Assembly (NCBI GenBank): GCA_000004985.1
Contig: GG738848.1
From: Naegleria gruberi
Taxonomy: Eukaryota
Length of the DNA: 64,000 bases
Strand: one strand, 5' to 3'
The notes beneath the pieces were generated by a model. That model was not told the DNA's origin, made no database searches, and was given only the letters and a program-made list of their open reading frames with translations. The position numbers were made by a program, and so were the translations under genes. How positions within the stretch are numbered: the first letter of the stretch is position 1; every line of letters begins with the position of its first letter. Shown here piece after piece: positions 11,446 through 20,900 of the stretch.

Positions 11446-14142
11446 TTAGGTCTTTTTCTTCTTCTTTACACCACCAGCATCAAATTGAATGAATTGTAAT
11501 TCATACCTAGGAATTCTGAAATGCATAAATGGCATTCCAGCATTAGCAGCTTTGTTATTTGTTGAATTGTTATTTTGGTTTCGTTTTCTCTTCTTTTCCA
11601 CTGGTTGAGTAGTAGTGGTAAGAGGAGGTGTTACAGATTTGGTTTCTGATTTGACATTCGTATCAGTAATGTTATCAACTTGTCCTGAGGCAACTATACT
11701 ACTGCTACTACCAAAATTGGACATTGGTTGTGCATTCATACTCACAAAAGATGAGGTCAAATTGGAATTAACATCATTATTTTGAACATAGTTCCAGAGT
11801 GGATCAATATTTGGTCCTACAAGGGAGTTGGCAATGTCATTATTAACTGAGAGTAAGGAGTGTGGTTGTTCATCAGGATTGACAAGATCGAAATTGAAAT
11901 CTCCATCATCAAAAAGAAGAGCAAATGAATCATCAACAGAAATTGACATTCTATGTGACGCCTTTCTAGCCATAGTGACTGGAGCAACGGATTTTCTTCT
12001 GTATGAGGAAGGTTGTAAGAGAATTGAGGTTTTGTGAATATTCTCAATTTCATCCAATTTTTGTTCTTGGACGAAAATAGAGAGCAAGTCACAAACAAAG
12101 CTCAAAATTTGTTCATCTCGCTCACTAAAGTTACCTGTATGCTTGTTCAAAACTTCTAAAACTCCTACAAATTGGTTTCCACTTCCAACTATTGGAGAAC
12201 AAATAACACTCTTTGTTGAAAATCCTGTTGTTTTGTCCACTTCTGGTGCAAATTTAGAATTACTCCTCACATCAGGTATATTCACACTCTTTCCACTTTG
12301 GAAGCATGATCCTGCAATCCCTCTGTCAGAAGGAATTCTAATTTCATCTTCGCCAATTGCAACTTGTGAAATGAGCTCGTCTGTTTGTCTATCGTACATG
12401 AATAATGTTGTTCTTTCTGCATGTAACATTCTGGTAATACATGAGATTATGTGTTGGAAGAAAACTCCAACCGAGTGCAAGTCCTGTCTTAGAACAGATA
12501 AACGTCTATAGACACAACCCTTCTCTGTTGTTGACTCTCCAATTTTAACATGGTTTTCTTTCTTTTGGGTATTGTTGTTATCTCCTCCATTTTCAGCACT
12601 ATTTTCAACAACTGGAGTTGTTGATGAGGATGCAACCTTTTCTTGAGGCTCAATTCTAAAGAATGAAGGATACATATCCATAGCATACCTGGTTGGGAAG
12701 GCAGCTGGTGGAGTATTCTCTTCACCCCACAATTCAAAGGTTTGGGTCAATTCGTGTCTGTCCTTTTCTTCTGTATTGGAGGTTGTTTCTGGGTCACTGC
12801 TGGATACTTCTTTTTGAGGTGGGAATTTGTAGGTGTTAAGAGTTTCTTCGTCCTTTTTAGGTGGTGGGAATGTAAAGGCAGTAAGGGATTGATAAATATC
12901 ACCCTTTGGAGTGCCATTAGCAGAACCATTTGTACTATTTGGTGTTGAAGGTTGAGAAGTGGAAGTAGCGGATGGTGGCAGCATTGAGCCCATCATTTGT
13001 TGTTGACTTTGAATTGCTCTTGAAATAATATCAGGATTGCTGGAAATGTTGATATTATTGTAGAGATCTAGCATTTTTAGAACTTGTTCATATTTAGACT
13101 TGGCAAAAAGTAAGCAATGTTCTGCAACAACTGCTGTTCCGTATTGTTGAGCTTTGGCCCATTGTTGAAAAACGTTATCCACAGAAAGAGTTCCAATAAT
13201 AAATTCTTGGCATTGACTGAGAAGTGCACTCAGCTGATAGAATTTAGCTGCTTGATAAAGATCCCAAATCTTGTCAGATCTTAGAATGGTACAGTCAGTA
13301 TAAACAAATTCCAAAATATTATAGAAAATATCAGCAGATGCATCTTGAATCTCAATTTCCAAAATGGATGTATTGGAACATTTGACGAGAATTAGTTGAT
13401 TGAAATAATTACTCCTAGCACATAAAATTAATTTGTGAGCATAAAACTTCTTTCCTTGAATAATAAACGTCACATCACTTAAAATTGGATTATTAAAGAA
13501 TTGTTTGATGCTTGATCCCATGGTGTTACTCTTACTAATAAATGTTTGAGCTGTGGACTCTGTTATGGAACTTTGCCCCAATCCAGCCTGTCCTGCATTG
13601 TTAGTGGAACTAGAGGATGTAGAAACTGGTGATTGTGTAGGTTGTTGTATCTGCAAGATGCTTGAAGAGTTGGGAGAAATTTGTTGCAAGTTATTGTTAT
13701 TTGAAAGTTGATTTACGACCATATTCGAAAATTGATTATTCATGGGTGGTGAGGATACTTGGATTACTTGTTGATTTGAATTTTGTTGATTTAACAATTG
13801 TTGTAGCATGTTTTGTTGTTGATTTGTATTGTTTTGTTGTTGGTTTTGTTGAATAAGATTCATCAGGTTGTTGAAAATACCCATTGCTTGCTGATTATTA
13901 TTGTTAGAGGGTGATGGTTGGTTGTTTTGCATTTGTTGTTGTTGTTGGAAGAGATTGATTATACTATTCATGTTGTTATTACTATTACTATTGTTCTTCA
14001 TCATGTTGAGAAGCGAATTGATCTCATTCATTGAATTATTACCATTATTATTATTGTTGTTATTGTTGCCATTGTTATTATTCATCATCATAACTAGAGC
14101 ATTCAATAACTGTCCCGAATTTGCCTGATTATTCGGTAACAT
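11446..14142 (-). CDS. Poly-N/Q-rich regulatory protein with a BTB/POZ domain and a cNMP-binding-type GAF domain (NKFDE-like signature); 898 aa
   Basis: ATG at 14142. There are long Asn and Gln homopolymer tracts at both ends. The BTB fold reads DVTFIIQGKKFYAHKLILCARSNYFNQLI. The GAF domain reads LFMYDRQTDELISQVAIG...GIAGSCFQSGKSVNIPD...SPIV..NQFVGVLEVLNKHTGNFSERDEQIL, and the NK..FSE.DE motif matches the cyclic-nucleotide-binding GAF signature. The composite upstream region (14143..15111) may hold 5' UTR exons. Confidence 0.7.
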   Translation of the reverse strand: MLPNNQANSGQLLNALVMMMNNNNGNNNNNNNNGNNSMNEINSLLNMMKNNSNSNNNMNSIINLFQQQQQMQNNQPSPSNNNNQQAMGIFNNLMNLIQQNQQQNNTNQQQNMLQQLLNQQNSNQQVIQVSSPPMNNQFSNMVVNQLSNNNNLQQISPNSSSILQIQQPTQSPVSTSSSSTNNAGQAGLGQSSITESTAQTFISKSNTMGSSIKQFFNNPILSDVTFIIQGKKFYAHKLILCARSNYFNQLILVKCSNTSILEIEIQDASADIFYNILEFVYTDCTILRSDKIWDLYQAAKFYQLSALLSQCQEFIIGTLSVDNVFQQWAKAQQYGTAVVAEHCLLFAKSKYEQVLKMLDLYNNINISSNPDIISRAIQSQQQMMGSMLPPSATSTSQPSTPNSTNGSANGTPKGDIYQSLTAFTFPPPKKDEETLNTYKFPPQKEVSSSDPETTSNTEEKDRHELTQTFELWGEENTPPAAFPTRYAMDMYPSFFRIEPQEKVASSSTTPVVENSAENGGDNNNTQKKENHVKIGESTTEKGCVYRRLSVLRQDLHSVGVFFQHIISCITRMLHAERTTLFMYDRQTDELISQVAIGEDEIRIPSDRGIAGSCFQSGKSVNIPDVRSNSKFAPEVDKTTGFSTKSVICSPIVGSGNQFVGVLEVLNKHTGNFSERDEQILSFVCDLLSIFVQEQKLDEIENIHKTSILLQPSSYRRKSVAPVTMARKASHRMSISVDDSFALLFDDGDFNFDLVNPDEQPHSLLSVNNDIANSLVGPNIDPLWNYVQNNDVNSNLTSSFVSMNAQPMSNFGSSSSIVASGQVDNITDTNVKSETKSVTPPLTTTTQPVEKKRKRNQNNNSTNNKAANAGMPFMHFRIPRYELQFIQFDAGGVKKKKKT

Positions 14143-15111
14143 TTTCGACTGTTTTTATGTTCTCTCTATTCAGTGGCACACAGATAACGAAAATTATGAT
14201 CACCCAAATTACTTTCGGAGATGATAGACTCTATGAAAATCTCTGCGCAAACTATACAAATCCAATCTATTGACTTGTACACGAAGAACTCTATAATCAG
14301 TTGTGATATTCTATGTATCCTCGCCTCGTTTTCGGTATTTTTCTTTGCACTGTAGTTATTTGATGTTTGCTGAGAGTTTTGTGATGCTAGGTTGATGACA
14401 CGATTTTATTGTGATGATGATGAAGTGAGAGAGCGGAATAATTATTTGAAGTAATAAGACAACGACGTTGAATCTAGAACTGTTTCTCTTTTTCCAGGAG
14501 CAGCAGCACAATGGTGAAATTATACTTCTTGACAATAAACAGAAGGATCAAGAAGAACGAATGGATCTCTTGAGATTTTTGTTTTGAGAATATGGTGTGA
14601 GGTCGAACATGATACCATTGCAATAATTTTCATGTGTTTTAGCAAAGAATTTTTATCTGGAAATGGGAGTGGTTAAACTTTTAAGTAGTGTGCGCTGCAA
14701 TACTTTACAACATTGCACAATACTGAGAGAGTAGTTTGTTGTTTGTGTCTTTGTAACAACCGTAGTTGAGGGAACAAATTTAATTAAGGCAATTTTCAGA
14801 ATAAGGTGAAGTCAACTTGAAAATCTCCTTTTTAGAGGATTACAAAATAATCACATGCTATTTGAACTTTTTCGAGGTCAATAAGATACATTCTCTATTA
14901 CTAAATACAAGTTTTTTAAGCTTATTAATATGCATTGATTGGAAATCAGTTTTGGAATTGTTCAAATTGTATTCTTAATAATACTATTTGAAATACTTAC
15001 AATATTCATGTTCAAAAATTTTACAAAATTTAAATTTTAAACTTTAAAAAAAATGCAACAACTGCCTACTCTTTTAATTCATCACTCGAAAAGAAATTAA
15101 TAATTTGCAAA

Positions 15112-16182
15112 ATGAAAAATATTGATAGTGATTGTATGGTATTTGTTTTGGAATTTATGAGTGTGGCGGATCATGTTTATCAATTATCGAGGGTGTGTTC
15201 CGATTGGAGAATAAATTCAATCAAGTTTATTGTGAGGTATTTGGACAAGAGGTATGCAATGTTGGGAGATTTAGTGAAACAATTCGAAACTTGTTTTGGG
15301 TGTTCAGTATCGGGAAGGAAAATGAGAAAGTTTCTGATGAGATGCCATGTCAGAGACTTGGCAGAATATTTACTTGATTCATATGAAGGAGTCCACGAAA
15401 ATCAACAGTTCACCATTCTTTGGGTTAAGAGTGAAATGGAAATTCTGTGTAATTACTTGAAAATTTCTAATAGGATGAAATCAGATGGCAACCAAACTAA
15501 ATCTACTGGGTTTTTCACAAAGATTGGAAAATTATTCTCTAAAAAAACACATGACAAGGCATCTATTCAATCACCCAACAAAGAGGTAGAATCTAATATG
15601 AAACAATTTGATTATATCAATGTGGAGTCTTCTATTCAGGGAAATTTGAATGATTTAGAACGATACTATCTTGTCAATGCTATTATGGGAATTGAGTTTA
15701 TACCAGAGTATGATGAGGAGGGAAACTTGGATGAGAGTGTATTTTCGAGAGCGTGTCTTTATGGAAGCACTGATATTGTGTTGGAATTGAAAGATTGGTT
15801 CAAGATTCATTTGAATATTAGATATCCTAAACTCACAAGTGACAATTTGGAACCTAAAAGTTTGCTATCTCACTCACACCTTCTAATGATATCAGGAATA
15901 TCAATGCAGACAAACAGAAATAACTTGGAATTAATTAAGGAGCTCGACTTGAATAAGAAACTATTTAAAGATGATTCATGTAAGGTTTCCAATTACGAGC
16001 AAGTGGTTGTTGGTGTCAAGGTTAGTGATCCTCTCTTAAACTCACAACAAATGATTCAAACAGCATTTAGTTTTGATGGATTGCAATATTTCGAGTTTAA
16101 CGTCAGCAATCCACATCAAATGAGAGTATTATATTGGTATTCAATATTAATGTCATTCATTCTAAGTTTTTTAAATAGTTAA
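15112..16182 (+). CDS. F-box-like domain protein, 356 aa, function unknown
   Basis: ATG at 15112. The N-terminus MVFVLEFMSVADHVYQLSRVCSDWR fits the F-box pattern (L..L....F......L.....VC..W). No other recognisable domain. Confidence 0.5.
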   Translation: MKNIDSDCMVFVLEFMSVADHVYQLSRVCSDWRINSIKFIVRYLDKRYAMLGDLVKQFETCFGCSVSGRKMRKFLMRCHVRDLAEYLLDSYEGVHENQQFTILWVKSEMEILCNYLKISNRMKSDGNQTKSTGFFTKIGKLFSKKTHDKASIQSPNKEVESNMKQFDYINVESSIQGNLNDLERYYLVNAIMGIEFIPEYDEEGNLDESVFSRACLYGSTDIVLELKDWFKIHLNIRYPKLTSDNLEPKSLLSHSHLLMISGISMQTNRNNLELIKELDLNKKLFKDDSCKVSNYEQVVVGVKVSDPLLNSQQMIQTAFSFDGLQYFEFNVSNPHQMRVLYWYSILMSFILSFLNS

Positions 16183-16213
16183 TATTATTATTAATTATTA
16201 TTAAAGGGTCATT

Positions 16214-17185
16214 CTACAAGATTATCTGCACAGATAATTTCATCTTGGGGAAAAGTTTGGAAACTTCATCCACACATGCCAATTCGTTTTCTGTTAAATC
16301 CAATTGTGTTAAATTTGGTAATTTGCCAATAAATTCCAAATGTGCATCCTAAAAACCTTTAAAATAAAGTATTCCTATATTTTTACATACCTTAACCCTA
16401 CATTTTTTCAATTTTAAAAATTCCAGATTTGTCAATTTGCTTAAACATGTAGCTCCTGTAATGTGTAGGAATCCATTTTCTATTTCTAATCGTTTTAAAT
16501 TAATTAATTCAGAAATTGACATTAGTGCATGATCTCCAATACAATGATTTTCAATTATCAATGAAGTCAATTGTGTTATTTTTTTAAATTCTAAAAAAAT
16601 TGATTTTTTAGGATAAAATATTTCTCTGCCTGATGAATTGATAAAGCAAAGCTCCCTCAAATGGATTAATTTGCTTATTTGATCCAAATGATGGATCTCA
16701 ATATCGTGTACAATTAATTTTCTTAATTTGGGTAAAATTGCCAAATCATGTAAATCTTCCATAATGTAACTCAATTCCAATTCTTCCAAATTTATCAATT
16801 TTTGTAAAGGACTCAACGAAGAGGTAATTTTAGTAAATTTTAAATATTTCAAATTGACAAATTGTGAAATAATTTCCAAAATAAAACTACCATCACAAAT
16901 GAGATATTGTAAATTGATGAAAATTTCTACATGTTCTTGTTTTAGAAAATTGTAAATATTTCGGATGTGTAAATTGTGAGCATTCCGAAACTTTTTAAAA
17001 GCACTAGTAAAATAATTCCAAATATTTTCATCACGAATTAAACTTGTGCGAATGAGGGAAAGTTTAGTTGTGAATAAACATCGCAACCACTTTTCACAAA
17101 CCAAAGAACACACTTGAATTAGAAACTTTGGTTCATGAAATACAAAAATTTGATGAGAAATAATTTCATCCGGTAATTGTTCCAT
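16214..17185 (-). CDS. F-box/LRR-repeat protein; join(17185..16391,16348..16214)
   Basis: F-box LPDEIISHQIFVFHEPKFLIQVCSLVCEKWLRCL sits at the N-terminus. LRRs follow (LINLEELELS, LPKLRKLIVHD, LIHLRELCF). A 42-nt intron runs GTATGT(16390)...TTTTTAG(16349). Its acceptor TAG is also the stop of the unspliced ORF. The join ...KKCRVK|DAHLEFIGKLPNLTQLDLTENEL... continues the LRR pattern. Confidence 0.6.
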
Positions 17186-17228
17186 TTTTTTTAATAAAAT
17201 TTAAAACAATTTTTTTTTCAATTTTTTA

Positions 17229-17273
17229 CATTTATAGTAAAAACAATGAGACAACAAGCTCGAAAACATTGAG
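17229..17273 (-). repeat. Retroelement short repeat B2 (45 bp), putative 3' boundary
   Basis: Identical to B1. A 370-bp spacer separates it from A2. Confidence 0.75.
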
Positions 17274-17438
17274 TTTATTCTTCTACGCGTACACAAATTG
17301 CATACACTTTTATCCTCTTTTCATTCATTCAGCCATCCAGCCAGCTCAGTATTCATGGATATACTACTATATCATACTAAACTAACCTTAGACTGAATAA
17401 ACTCACATATTTGCAACTACTAGCAAAACAAACCAAAT

Positions 17439-17497
17439 AGATATTCCTATGAATATCTATTCGAACTTCAGTAGATATTCCATTGAATATCTACTTA
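17439..17497. repeat. Two adjacent perfect hairpins (10-bp and 11-bp stems, 4-nt loops) in the retroelement 3' spacer
   Basis: Hairpin 1 is atagatattc-ctat-gaatatctat. Hairpin 2 is agtagatattc-catt-gaatatctact. Both share the core agatattc/gaatatct. A GC-rich tract follows at 17520..17640. Confidence 0.7.
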
Positions 17498-17642
17498 AAA
17501 AACCCTCATTGGGTATTGATCGTGACAAGGGCTATCCCGGTGTCAACATGTTAAATTATCGCCACCTTCCTGGCCGATCAAATGACACCGTCGTCTATTA
17601 AGCCAATATAATACTTACAGATATTTTCGATCTAGGGTGGGG

Positions 17643-17844
17643 TGGTGGGTCATCTTAAGTATGTCAGTGATGGTTTCTTGAATTGTTGATTGACTCATAA
17701 TGTGTTGCAATTTTTTCAACTTGAGTTTTACTTTCCTTCAGTAAAACTCTCTATTTAACCTAAATTTTCATTGTAAAATTTAGGTTGACTACGTTACCTG
17801 GTTGTCTATTGTTTTTACAATATAAACTTACGTAAGGTGTGGAC
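17643..17844 (-). repeat. Retroelement repeat A2 (202 bp)
   Basis: Identical to 21688..21889. It follows B1 immediately after the ORF A stop. Confidence 0.85.
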
Positions 17845-17887
17845 CTTACTACCATTTATAGTAAAAACAATGAGACAACAAGCTCGA
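17843..17887 (-). repeat. Retroelement short repeat B1 (45 bp)
   Basis: The sequence catttatagtaaaaacaatgagacaacaagctcgaaaacattgag repeats at 17229..17273. It is flanked on both sides by the decamer gaccttacta. Confidence 0.8.
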
Positions 17888-17914
17888 AAACATTGAGACC
17901 TTACTAGCATAAGT

Positions 17915-20900
17915 TTAGAAGCCCATCAAGTGTGAACCGTTTCTATCACCTCTAAAGTTAGCTCGAAAATATCTGTCTATAGCATCTGAATTCCAACCAC
18001 CCATGGCCTTGATGGTAGCATCAGGGATACCCATAATGGCAGCCTCCGTGGCTCCACCAATTCTCAACGAATGAGAAGAGTACTTTCCTGGATCAGCTTC
18101 GATCCATGTTGCAACCTGAGTTAAGATGTAAGAAATCTCAACTGTATTTAAAGAAAAACCACCGGTAAACAAAAACTTTCCTTTGTCTCTTGAATCAAGT
18201 AATTTTTGAAGCCATTTCATCGGACACAATTCAGAACCTGTCGCTTCGATACATGATTTTCTTCCTTTCTTATCATTCTTCACTTTTCTCACTGTTATAC
18301 TAAACCCCACCACCGGGAACTTCACAATCTTTAGATCCTCTATTAATAAACCACCCAATTCTGAACCCCTAAACATTGACCTTATACCAAAAATCATTAG
18401 GCACGTGTATAGAACATATGATTTTTCTTTAACAAACTGTCTACCAACAATTACCCATTTACAAATAAATTCTATTCTCCATGGATCTCTTTCTCTCTTT
18501 GTCGCCACTGTAGCCAGATTGCACATACCCTTTATCACCATCTGTACTCTAATGTTTACTGTAATATCCTCCCAACCAATCCTTTTACAAAAATGCTTAA
18601 TAGCATACATTGCACTTCGACAGTTATTACCAGATGGTGTTTTGATGAACATAAAGGTGAGAAATCTGACTACCATTTCACTAGTTGCTGGTGGAACCTC
18701 TTTTTGCTTAATAAGAAAGTTGATAAATCTATTCCAATAACTTTCATAGTTGTCTGTTGTGGATATTTCAATTGAACATGACATTAATGTATCTGCAATC
18801 TTACTCAAATCGTGACTCTGCAGTCTACTAATGTTGCTCTTATGGTCCAAAATCCTTTGCATGGTTCTAGGTTCCCTCCTTGGGAGGCTCTGAAATGATT
18901 TCCATCTAGATTCATAAAACGAATTTGATAACTTTCTATTATCTTCCACCACCACCTCTTTTTCCATACTGGATGAACCAATACCATAACTGCTTTGGAC
19001 TCTAGACAATGTTGTAATACTCTCCCTATTAGATTGAAAGGTACGCAGCACCAATTTACCACTGGCTCTGTCCAAAGGTGAGAGAATGAATCTGCTTTCT
19101 CTCTTCTGCTGGTCTTCTTTCTCACTGTATATGGTTTTGTCTTGAAGTTGTAATGAGAGGCGAATCTGTCCCATCCTATTGATACATCCAGCTGCTTCTC
19201 TACTAATTGAAAAGCTTCTTTGGTAATCTCCCAATCTGTTGGGTCTTTCTCTTGAATATTTCTGCTCAGATTGTCCGCTACTTGATTCTCCTCCGAAGGT
19301 AACCATTCTAACGAAAGCAAACGGATGTCGTGTTCGAAAATAATGCGCCATATTAGTTGAATCAATTGATTCATAATGGGAGACTTTGCTCTTCCCTTCA
19401 TTATACAATATAGAGCCACCTTTGAATCCGTGTAAACAATTAAATTCTTTCCTTTCAAAAGATGTGACCATTCTTTTAGGGCAAGATAGATCGCTCTCAC
19501 TTCTAATACATTGATATGTTCTTGGCATTGTTCTCCCTTCCAAAAACCTTGTAGTTTCAAATTTCTTTCTTTGTGGAAAACTCCCCATCCCAATCTCGAT
19601 GCATCTGTCCAAAAGTATTCCACTAAGCTTGGATATTGGAACACCTTTCCATTCCAATGGTCCAAGTTGTATAAAATCCATTGGAGATTGAAAATTACAT
19701 CTCGGTCTCTGATGCGAAATTCGGAATCCCAGCCTCCAATATTCACCTAGTCCACCACTAAAGAATAAATCGGATTCAACATCACCCTTGCAGGTTGGAA
19801 ACAGTCTACATAAGCAATTATAATACCAGTCATCCGAAACAGTTCTCTGGATGTTACTTTCTGATCTTGGTGATACTTGGCAAGGGCTATGGAAATACGA
19901 GTTCGAATTTTCTCTAATGTAGCTTCTGTCATAATTAATTTCCTGCTGACCAGATCTATCTTGATCCCAAGTAGTTGAAAGACTTTTAATGGAGTTAACT
20001 GACTCTTCTTCTTTTCGATAACTACACCTAATTCTGCACATACCATTGTAACGAATGTATTGTTCCTTAATGCAGATAAATAGGAACCAAAATGTAATAA
20101 ACCAACATCGTCTAAGTAATTGGATGGTGTTAAAGAATCTGATCTCAAAAAATTGATAAATACATTCATCATTTGTGTAAAAAAGTATGGAGATCCATTC
20201 CATCCAAATGGAAGGACTGTGAATTGCAAAACCTCTTCCTCTACTTGAATGGCAAAGTATGGTCTGTCCTTCCTTTTTACCTTCATCTGGTGATATCCGG
20301 ATTTCATATCGAACATAGAACCCCAAATTTGATCTGTCTTGTTCATTGGTACGTGTTCTAAAAACTTCTTCAACGTGTTGTACTTGAATTTGGGGATAGA
20401 ACAAAACCGATTGAGCGGTCTTAAATCGATAATCAGTCGGTATGATTCTTTCTTTGGGACCAGCCGATACTTGGCTATCACTTTTGGATTGTGACAAGGT
20501 TCCAAAGCTCCAATCTCTTTCAAAATACTCACTTCTCTTTTTAACCATTCTCTCTCTTCCAAAGACCATTCTTCTAAATTTACCTTTCCATAGTATGGAA
20601 CAAATTCTTCGTTTGTTTGAACTGATACACCCTCTTTCAACATATCCACTATTTCCATTGAAGCTCCTTTCTTCCTCCAGGTATCCCATTTGTTCGAAAT
20701 GGAATGAATAGCCTCTCTTCTTTCTTCTACCTCTCGGAAAAAACAAATCATCTACATACTCTGAACCCTCTCTTTTATTTCTCTTAGGGCAATCTTTGAT
20801 CAGATGGTTTGGGTCATTACAAATAAAGCATTTCTTCACTTTCTTCATACCATTAGCACTACCAAACATATTCACCTTTTCCTCTGCCTTATCTTTCTTA

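Noticed and set aside
11446-14142. AAT/CAA-rich repetitive DNA read as a microsatellite or transposon
   Set aside because: The repeats are in-frame poly-Asn and poly-Gln coding tracts inside a gene with clear BTB and GAF domains.
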